IMG/VR virus record: IMGVR_UViG_3300008255_000317
Location: 1 to 32,205 of that record
Length of the DNA: 32,205 nucleotides
Direction: 5' to 3' (one strand)
From: a virus
Lineage: Duplodnaviria > Caudoviricetes
Of this stretch, positions 25,678 through 32,205 are shown in pieces; positions within the stretch are counted from its first letter, which is position 1; every line of letters starts with the position of its first letter. The translations under genes and the position numbers were made by a program. Below the pieces are notes generated by a model. It worked only from the letters and a program-made list of their open reading frames with translations, had not been told where the DNA came from and made no database searches.

Positions 25678-27341
25678 CAATCCCTACCGGCTTCCTCGAC
25701 GAGATCCGCGCCAGGACGACGCTGTCTTCGCTTATCAGCCGATCAGGCGTGCCGCTCAAGAAGGCGGGGCGCGAGTGGAAGGCGCCTTGCCCGTTCCACA
25801 ACGAGAAGACGCCCAGCTTCTACGTCAACGACGAGAAGGCGTTCTACCATTGCTTCGGATGCCAGGCGCACGGTGACGCGATCGGCTGGATGGTCGACCA
25901 TGACGGCATGCAATTCATCGATGCGGTGAAGGAACTGGCCGAGCAAGCCGGTCTGGAGATGCCCGCGCCGGATCCGCAAGCTGCGCAGCGCGCGAAGAGG
26001 CGTGACAGCTACGTCGACATCAATGCCCGAGCGCAAAGGTTCTTCGTTGGACGGCTGGACGCTGGCCCCGGCGACCTCGATGCTTCGGCCGCCGTGAAAT
26101 ACCTCGTCGACCGCGGCATTGACGGGGCCGCTATCGACAAATTCCAGATTGGCTTCGCACCGAACTCCCGGCCCGGCCAGCCGGCGCCCTTGGTCGAGAC
26201 GCTGAAGGATGTGGATGCGGCCGAACTGGAGCGGCTGGGCCTCGTCAAACGCAACCCCGACAGCGGGCGCGCCTACGATTTCTTTCGCCGGCGCATCATG
26301 ATCCCCATCCATGACGCGCGCGGCAACACCATCGGCTTCGGCGGGCGAATCGTCGGCGCCGGAGAGCCGAAATATCTGAACTCTCCCGATACCCCCGTCT
26401 TCGACAAGGGCCGCACGCTGTTCAACCTTCACCGCGTCGCGCCAGCCGCGCGCGCCAAGGGCCGCCTGCTGATCGTCGAAGGCTACATGGACGTCATCGG
26501 CCTGGACAGCGTCGGCTTCGATGTCGCGGTGGCACCGAACGGGACCGCGCTGACGGAGCATCAGCTATTCCTCGCGTGGAAGCTGGTCGACACGCCGACG
26601 GTGTGCTTCGACGGCGATAATGCGGGCCGGAAGGCGATGGCCCGTGCCGCCTACCGTGCCCTCCCGATCATGGAGCCGGGAAAGGGTCTGCGCTTCGCCA
26701 AACTGCCGGAAGGCAAGGATCCTGACGATATGGCGCGACAGGACGGACTCGAGGCGGTCAATGCGATGGTCGAAGGGGCGGCGCCGCTCGTCGACGTCAT
26801 CTGGCGCGATCTGTTGGAGCGCTACGATCAGCGCAATCCCGATCAGCGCGCAGCGATGGCTGCGGAAATCAAGAAGGTGGTTGCGGGGATCCGGAACGTC
26901 GACGTGCGCGAATCCTACCGGGAAGCGCTGCGCACGCTCTATCGCACGAACGGGGAGCGAAGCCGGGCGACGAGCGGCCGCCATAGCGAGCGTGGCCCGG
27001 CCAGAAACGTCGCGATGGCGGTTGAAGGCGCATTGATCCTCGGCGTGATCGACATGCCGGCGGTGATCGAAGGGCAGGGCGAGAACATCGCCAAGCTGGC
27101 ATGGCGAGCCGAACAGCACCAGCGTATCGTAGACGTGCTTTACGACGCGTCCTGGCTGACGGCCATGAACAACGAGCCTTTGACGCGCGACATCGCGCTC
27201 GAGGCGATCGAGAAGGCCGGGCTGACGGAATATGTCGGCAATCTCCGGCGATTGGCGCTCCGGCTTCCATTCGCAACGGAATCGGACCCACAAACCGCGC
27301 GGGCGCTGCTGATACAGGCGCTTCGCGACAATTTCACCTGA
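25674..27341 (+). CDS. dnaG: DNA primase, bacterial DnaG type
   Basis: CPFHNEKTPSF...HCFGC, PKYLNSPDT, TOPRIM IVEGYMDV, FDGDNAG and GKDPDD. Confidence 0.97.
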   Translation: MTIPTGFLDEIRARTTLSSLISRSGVPLKKAGREWKAPCPFHNEKTPSFYVNDEKAFYHCFGCQAHGDAIGWMVDHDGMQFIDAVKELAEQAGLEMPAPDPQAAQRAKRRDSYVDINARAQRFFVGRLDAGPGDLDASAAVKYLVDRGIDGAAIDKFQIGFAPNSRPGQPAPLVETLKDVDAAELERLGLVKRNPDSGRAYDFFRRRIMIPIHDARGNTIGFGGRIVGAGEPKYLNSPDTPVFDKGRTLFNLHRVAPAARAKGRLLIVEGYMDVIGLDSVGFDVAVAPNGTALTEHQLFLAWKLVDTPTVCFDGDNAGRKAMARAAYRALPIMEPGKGLRFAKLPEGKDPDDMARQDGLEAVNAMVEGAAPLVDVIWRDLLERYDQRNPDQRAAMAAEIKKVVAGIRNVDVRESYREALRTLYRTNGERSRATSGRHSERGPARNVAMAVEGALILGVIDMPAVIEGQGENIAKLAWRAEQHQRIVDVLYDASWLTAMNNEPLTRDIALEAIEKAGLTEYVGNLRRLALRLPFATESDPQTARALLIQALRDNFT

Positions 27342-27351
27342 AGGAGATCCC

Positions 27352-27774
27352 ATGGGAAAGAAAGCATATCGCATCTGGCGCATCGATCCGGCCAAAAAGG
27401 CGATCGCGCCGCTCGCGCTAGACGCGTCGAAGAAGGATTTCGCGCTGACGATCCAGCGCCTTTGTCGCGCGAGCGCGCTTGGACACCGGGCGCTGTGCGA
27501 CATCGAAGGCGTGAAACTATGCGTCGCTGCCGACGCGCAGGCGGACGAAGGACAGCCCGGCTTCCGCTTTCGAGGCGTCGAGGGCGTCACCGCGGGGATC
27601 GGCGTGCTCTTCGGCCAGGGACAGGGCGGCGGCCTCGTCGCCGCGCCTGTCGACAAGAACTGGATCGCTCGGCATCTCGTGTGGACCGATCCGGCCGAGA
27701 CTGACGAAGACAGCGCCGATGATGTGGCCGTGATGAACATCGTCGAAGAGGTTGCCGACGCCGATGGCGCATAA
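27352..27774 (+). CDS. Hypothetical protein
   Basis: 140 aa with a strong SD AAGGAG. Confidence 0.75.
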   Translation: MGKKAYRIWRIDPAKKAIAPLALDASKKDFALTIQRLCRASALGHRALCDIEGVKLCVAADAQADEGQPGFRFRGVEGVTAGIGVLFGQGQGGGLVAAPVDKNWIARHLVWTDPAETDEDSADDVAVMNIVEEVADADGA

Positions 27775-28660
27775 GCGCAAACCTTGGGACGATGACCGGC
27801 TGGCGCGGCTGCGCGAAATGTGGGCGGCGAATGAGAATGTCGGCGTCATAGCCGACAAACTCGAGACCAGCCGCGGAGCGGTCTACCAGCGCGCGAGGAA
27901 GCTGGGCCTCGCCGCGCGACAGTCGCGCCATGGCCGAAAGCCCGGCACCGCTCTTGGAAAGCCGGATGGGGCGCGGGTGGATCTCGAGCCGTGGCATCCG
28001 GCGATCGAGACCGGCCGCACTATCCACGGAAAGACCGTCACCCCGGCCGCGCGAGCGAAGCGCATGCTGAAGGACGCAAAGTGGAGCGCGAAGATCGGTT
28101 CTCCGGCCATGAAGGGCGCATGGAAGGGCTTTCCGCTGTTCACGCTGACGCTGGAGGAACGCGCGACTTGCCCGCGGACATGCCTGGAATGGCGCACCTG
28201 CTATGGCAACAATCTCGGCCACATGACTGTCGAGCGCCTGTTCGATGATGGCTATCTCGAGACGCGGTTGCACGCCGAGATCGCGCACAGGGCGACGCTT
28301 TATCCGAAGGGCTTCGCGATCCGGCTGCACGTCCTGGGCGACTTCTACTCGATCGCTTACGTCGACTTCTGGAAGCGCATGCTGCGCGAATTCGACATGC
28401 TTCATCTCTTCGGCTTCACGGCGCGCGCGCCAGCCGATCCGATCGGGACCGCCGTGCTAGAGATGATGCAGGAATTCGACGCCCGCGCGATGCTGCGCTT
28501 CTCCGGACGCCCCTACCCCCAGCTATGCTCCGAAGTCGTCGACAGTGCGGAAGACGCGAATTTCATAATCTGTCCTGCGGAGCGCAAGGTTGACCACGAT
28601 TGCGCGCGCTGCGGCTTGTGCTGGACATCCGATCACAGCATCACTTTCCTACGACATTGA
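27764..28660 (+). CDS. GcrA-like HTH fused to a Cys-rich, Gp88-like (possibly Fe-S) domain
   Basis: N-terminus WDDDRLARLREMW...IADKL...SRGAVYQRARKLGL. C-terminal domain TCPRTCLEWRTCY, IRLHVLGDF and ICPAE...CARCGLCW. Confidence 0.7.
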   Translation: MAHKRKPWDDDRLARLREMWAANENVGVIADKLETSRGAVYQRARKLGLAARQSRHGRKPGTALGKPDGARVDLEPWHPAIETGRTIHGKTVTPAARAKRMLKDAKWSAKIGSPAMKGAWKGFPLFTLTLEERATCPRTCLEWRTCYGNNLGHMTVERLFDDGYLETRLHAEIAHRATLYPKGFAIRLHVLGDFYSIAYVDFWKRMLREFDMLHLFGFTARAPADPIGTAVLEMMQEFDARAMLRFSGRPYPQLCSEVVDSAEDANFIICPAERKVDHDCARCGLCWTSDHSITFLRH

Positions 28661-28672
28661 GGGAGCGGAACT

Positions 28673-28954
28673 ATGGATGAAATCAAAGAGAAGCTGATCG
28701 AAATGCTGCGCGAAGCGCATGGCGATGACGTCGCCTTTGCAGCAGCGGCCGGCGAAGAGATCTTCGCGACGCATGGCGCGGGCTGGGGCGACGGCAAGCT
28801 GGATAGCCTGGACAGGCTCGAATTCGTCATGGCTGTCGAAGACGAATACGACATCGAGATCACCGATGCCCTCACCGTCGACGTCCGAACGGCGGATCAG
28901 GTCGCCGAACTTGTCGACACGCTGACGCGCGGCGCGGCGCATGGGGCGCATTGA
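28673..28954 (+). CDS. Acyl carrier protein
   Basis: Acidic 93 aa with LDSLDRLEFVMAVEDEYDIEITD, carrying the phosphopantetheine-site Ser. SD GGGAG. Confidence 0.9.
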   Translation: MDEIKEKLIEMLREAHGDDVAFAAAAGEEIFATHGAGWGDGKLDSLDRLEFVMAVEDEYDIEITDALTVDVRTADQVAELVDTLTRGAAHGAH

Positions 28955-29226
28955 TGCGGAAAAGGTGGACGCCACCGTCGCCGAAATCCGAAGCGCCGAA
29001 CTGGAAACCGGACAAGTGCGATGCGCCCGGCTGCGAAGCCAGGCACCCGTGCTTCAGCCGGACGGGCGGGAAAGGGCCGTGGCTGTGTCAGAAACACTAC
29101 CGGGAAGCCATCTCGTCGAATGCCGATGCGCAGCCTGCCGCGCCGGCGACGCACTCCCGCTCCATCTCCAGGGAATCCCCGGCGCCAAGCAACTCACCTT
29201 CATCCAACCAGGGAAGGCTTCTATGA
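28954..29226 (+). CDS. Small Zn-finger protein
   Basis: TGATG overlap with ACP. CDAPGC...WLCQKH, ending QGRLL. Confidence 0.65.
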   Translation: MRKRWTPPSPKSEAPNWKPDKCDAPGCEARHPCFSRTGGKGPWLCQKHYREAISSNADAQPAAPATHSRSISRESPAPSNSPSSNQGRLL

Positions 29227-29420
29227 CACCGCACGAAAAGCGGCTTCGCGAGGAATGCCGCGATAGCTGCGCAGAATACGGCGATCCGCCGTGCTTCGAA
29301 CTGGATAGCTGGGCCGGCGATCCGACCTATTGCGTCGATTGTCGGCGCGCGGCTGGCGAAGATGTCAGCGCCGACCCGCAACCGTTGGACGACAATGCCG
29401 TCGTGAGGCCGCTGCTATGA
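29223..29420 (+). CDS. Small Cys-rich protein
   Basis: 65 aa with CAEYGDPPC...CVDC and ATGA overlaps at both ends. Confidence 0.6.
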   Translation: MTPHEKRLREECRDSCAEYGDPPCFELDSWAGDPTYCVDCRRAAGEDVSADPQPLDDNAVVRPLL

Positions 29421-29764
29421 AGGCGCGCGATCTGGCCCGGTATCTCCAATATCATCGCTATCGGCTGGGGCACGAAAGGCTTCTCGGCGACGATGTCGAA
29501 GCGCATCTCGAGGATGCGGGTATCGAATTCGAGCGTGAGAAGATCCTTGGCCCGGCCGACCGCGTGGATTTCCTCGTCGGCGGCACCGCTGTCGAACTGA
29601 AGATCAAGGCGCAGAAGCGCGCCATCTATCGCCAGATGGAGCGATACGCGATGCACGACGTCGTCGACGGTCTCATTCTCGTCACCGCGGGGGCGACATC
29701 CCTCCCGGCGCGCATCAACGACAAGCCAGTCTTCGTCGTGAAGCTGGGGTTGACCGGCCTGTGA
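29417..29764 (+). CDS. Small PD-(D/E)xK nuclease
   Basis: FERE...RVDFLV...VELK...QMERY pattern, coupled to the helicase gene. Confidence 0.75.
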   Translation: MKARDLARYLQYHRYRLGHERLLGDDVEAHLEDAGIEFEREKILGPADRVDFLVGGTAVELKIKAQKRAIYRQMERYAMHDVVDGLILVTAGATSLPARINDKPVFVVKLGLTGL

Positions 29765-31479
29765 GAACATTCGGCAAGCTGCGCTACGGCAAATTCGAAG
29801 GTGGCGCGGTGTGGGGGGTTTCCAACCTCGCCCCGCACGTCGCGATCGCTTTCAAGCGCCTGTTCCCCAAGGTTCACACAAAGCGCACCACGCACATCCT
29901 GACGGACAACGACGACACGCGCGCAGATCTCGATTGGTTCATGCTGCGCTACCCGCTGGACGTCCGCGCGGTCGAACGCGAGATGCTGGCCGAGGGTGCG
30001 GCACGGATGGCGGCCCGCGCGGCCGAAAGAGACGAGATCCTGCAACTCGATTGGGAGCCGGGCGATACGCCGGCGGTCTTCCGGCCGGGCAAGGTGCCCT
30101 ATCTCTATCAGGAACAGGCCGCCACGCTGGCGGTGCGCAATAATGCGCTGCTGCTGTGCGACGATGTCGGGCTGGGGAAGACGATAACGACGTTCACGGT
30201 CGCGGCTCGAGGCGCTGCGCTCCCGATGGCGATCGTCGTTCAATCGCACCTGGTCCGGCAATGGGGGAAGAAGGCGCGCGAATTCACGACGTTCCGCGTC
30301 CACGAAATCAAGCAGAGCAAGCCCTACCCCCTCCCTGTCGCCGACCTCTACATCTTCAGCTACAACATGCTCCACGGCTGGCTGGAAGTGCTCGCGTCCG
30401 GCATGTTCAAGTCCGCGGCCTTCGACGAGATACAGGAACTCCGGCATGGGCCGAAGAAGACCGAGTGGGACGCGAAGGGGACACAGAAGGGCAATGCTGC
30501 GCTCGTCCTCACCGAAGCTGTCGACACCAATGCCAGGGGCGTCCTGCTCGGCCTGACAGCGACGCCTGTCTACAATTACGGCGACGAGATGCACACGGTC
30601 ATGCGCTACATCGCTCCCCATGTGCTCGGCGATCGCGAAGAATTCATTCGTGAGTGGTGCCATGGTGACGGAAGCGGGCACGCGATCGTCAACGATCCAG
30701 ACGCGCTCGGCAGCTTTCTCGACAGCACGGGCTATCGTTTGCGCCGGCGCGAGGATGACGAAGTCGTCGACAAGTCCATGCCGCCGCCGAACATCGTGGA
30801 ATTCGAACTCGATTACGACCGGATCGCGCTTCAGAAAGAAGAAGAGATCCTGAAGTCGCTCGCCGAAACCGTGCTCACGGGCAAATTCGAGGATGCGGGC
30901 CAGGCCAGCCGCGAACTGGACGTCCGGATGCGCCATCTGACGGGCGTCGCGAAAGCGAAGCCGGTCGCCGCCTACGTCAACATGCTCCTGCGCGAGCGCA
31001 AGAAGGTGGTGCTCGCTGGCTGGCACCGCGACGTCTACGATCTGTGGCGCTACGCGCTCCAGAAGCACAATCCCGTGCTCTACACCGGCAGCGAAAGCCA
31101 GGCGGGCAAGGCACGCAACGTCGAGCGGTTCTGCGAAGGCGACAGCGACGTGCTGATGATCTCCCTTCGATCAGGTGCCGGTCTCGATGGGCTTCAGCAC
31201 GTTTGCCAGGACGTCGTCTTCGGCGAACTCGATTGGTCCCCCCAGGTGCATTACCAGCTTCTCGGCCGCGTCCGCCGGCCCGGCCAGCTTCACCAAGTCA
31301 CCGGGCACTATCTCCACGTCAACGGCGGCAGCGATCCGGTCCTGATGTCGATGCTGGGCGTGAAGGCCGATCAGTCGCGCGGGATCCTCGATCCCGGCCA
31401 GGCGCCTCGAGCACGGGTCAACGATGACAGCCGGATCAAGACGCTCGCGCGGTTCGTGCTGGATGGCGATCGTGCATAG
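29761..31479 (+). CDS. SNF2-family helicase/translocase
   Basis: DDVGLGKT, FDEIQE, LTATP, GAGLDGLQ, ELDWSP and QLLGRVRRPGQ. Confidence 0.93.
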   Translation: MRTFGKLRYGKFEGGAVWGVSNLAPHVAIAFKRLFPKVHTKRTTHILTDNDDTRADLDWFMLRYPLDVRAVEREMLAEGAARMAARAAERDEILQLDWEPGDTPAVFRPGKVPYLYQEQAATLAVRNNALLLCDDVGLGKTITTFTVAARGAALPMAIVVQSHLVRQWGKKAREFTTFRVHEIKQSKPYPLPVADLYIFSYNMLHGWLEVLASGMFKSAAFDEIQELRHGPKKTEWDAKGTQKGNAALVLTEAVDTNARGVLLGLTATPVYNYGDEMHTVMRYIAPHVLGDREEFIREWCHGDGSGHAIVNDPDALGSFLDSTGYRLRRREDDEVVDKSMPPPNIVEFELDYDRIALQKEEEILKSLAETVLTGKFEDAGQASRELDVRMRHLTGVAKAKPVAAYVNMLLRERKKVVLAGWHRDVYDLWRYALQKHNPVLYTGSESQAGKARNVERFCEGDSDVLMISLRSGAGLDGLQHVCQDVVFGELDWSPQVHYQLLGRVRRPGQLHQVTGHYLHVNGGSDPVLMSMLGVKADQSRGILDPGQAPRARVNDDSRIKTLARFVLDGDRA

Positions 31480-31900
31480 CGAAAACACGCTCGTTGGCGA
31501 ACGTCTGGTCGCGCAATGCCTCGTTTGCGGCGAACCGGCGATCGGCGAAGCTGACGACGAAATTCGCCCGTGGACATGGCGGTGCGAGAAGCACGCCGAC
31601 CGCAATCCCTGCGCAATCGAAGGCTGCTCGAGATCTACTGCCGCCGACGGCCGCCTGGACGCCGGGCATTACTGGCTATGCGGCTTTCACTGGCGCCTGG
31701 TCTGTCCGCCCCATAGCCGCGAGCGGCGCGCCTATCTCCGGTTCTTCCGCATCGCGAAGAAGCATGGATGGGATGACGCGCTGCGAACGCGCTTCTGGCG
31801 ATACTGGCACGGGCTGGTCCGCCGCGGCCGGCGACAGATGGAAGACACCGGCTCGATCGATGTCGACGAGATCCACCGCATGTTCGGCTGGGATGACTGA
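31472..31900 (+). CDS. Double Zn-finger protein
   Basis: Probable GTG start. CLVC...WRCEKH and CAIEGC...WLCGFHW. Confidence 0.65.
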   Translation: MHSENTLVGERLVAQCLVCGEPAIGEADDEIRPWTWRCEKHADRNPCAIEGCSRSTAADGRLDAGHYWLCGFHWRLVCPPHSRERRAYLRFFRIAKKHGWDDALRTRFWRYWHGLVRRGRRQMEDTGSIDVDEIHRMFGWDD

Positions 31901-32141
31901 CGATCGTCGAAAGATCGCGCTCGCCATCTACCGCGCCAGCCGCGGCGTGATCCCAGCGGCCGAGCGCCAGGCGCTCTACGCATTTCTCCAATCGCTCCCC
32001 GGTGGCGCCCCCAAGAAGCGCCGCAAGATCCATAGCTGGCATCGGAAGAAGAAGCCGGCAGCGAAAGCCGTCTCGAGAAGGCGGCAGACGCGGCGCAGCG
32101 CAGCGCAGGACCGCCAACTGCGACTGCCCTTGGACGAGTGA
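31893..32141 (+). CDS. Small very basic protein ending QLRLPLDE
   Basis: 82 aa from ATG 31893, overlapping the previous stop region. Confidence 0.55.
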   Translation: MTDDRRKIALAIYRASRGVIPAAERQALYAFLQSLPGGAPKKRRKIHSWHRKKKPAAKAVSRRRQTRRSAAQDRQLRLPLDE

Positions 32142-32171
32142 CGGGCCGTTACCGTTTCGAGGTTCGGATTT

Positions 32172-32191
32172 TGGTCGGAGGCCGACCATTT
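32172..32191 (+). terminator. Possible terminator hairpin
   Basis: TGGTCGG-AGG-CCGACCA-TTT after the last ORF. The U-tract is short. Confidence 0.3.
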
Positions 32192-32205
32192 CAGCGGTCC
32201 TCCAC

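Larger units (their letters stand above)
1..32205. mobile_element. Lambda-like siphophage/prophage segment (both ends outside the window)
   Basis: Canonical order terS-terL-gpW-portal-protease-decoration-capsid-tail, plus phage replication and recombination genes. No host housekeeping block or att site is visible. Confidence 0.96.

Noticed and set aside
28941-29420. 159-aa ORF MGRIDAEKV as a single gene
   Set aside because: Two coupled ORFs (28954-29226 and 29223-29420) fit better, with stop-start overlaps and Cys motifs.
19891-31068. Long - strand ORFs (19891-20979, 21114-22124, 26565-27740, 29626-31068)
   Set aside because: Shadows of recT, dnaG, the SNF2 gene and their neighbours.
1-32205. 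tRNA, rRNA, IS, integrase, reverse transcriptase (retron/DGR), intein or intron
   Set aside because: None recognisable. Intergenic gaps are short, and DnaB, TerL and DnaG have normal lengths.

Overview
The whole window is a high-GC, lambda-like siphophage or prophage segment. The host is probably alphaproteobacterial (GcrA-like and GapR-like domains; inferred). Two arms diverge from a ~195-bp control region at 18772-18966. The left arm (- strand) is one near-gapless run: Cro-like HTH, GapR-like protein, RuvC-like resolvase, MT-A70 methyltransferase, DnaB, an O-like initiator with 22-bp iterons, a P/G39P-like protein, terminase small and large subunits, gpW, portal, S49 protease, scaffold, decoration protein, major capsid, head-tail and tail genes, a -1 frameshifted tail chaperone and a partial tape measure. 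The right arm (+ strand) is a translationally coupled accessory operon: ASCH, RecT, HU, HerA-like ATPase, Gp37/Gp68 (DUF5131), DnaG, a GcrA-HTH/Cys-rich fusion, an acyl carrier protein, a PD-(D/E)xK nuclease, an SNF2 helicase and several small Zn-finger proteins. No integrase, CI, Q or lysis gene is recognisable here. Best lead: a structured leader in the right arm that is complementary to the translation-initiation region of the major capsid mRNA, a candidate trans-antisense control of capsid synthesis. Next is the GcrA-HTH/Fe-S protein plus ACP pair. Family calls come from motif recognition by eye and need HMM confirmation.
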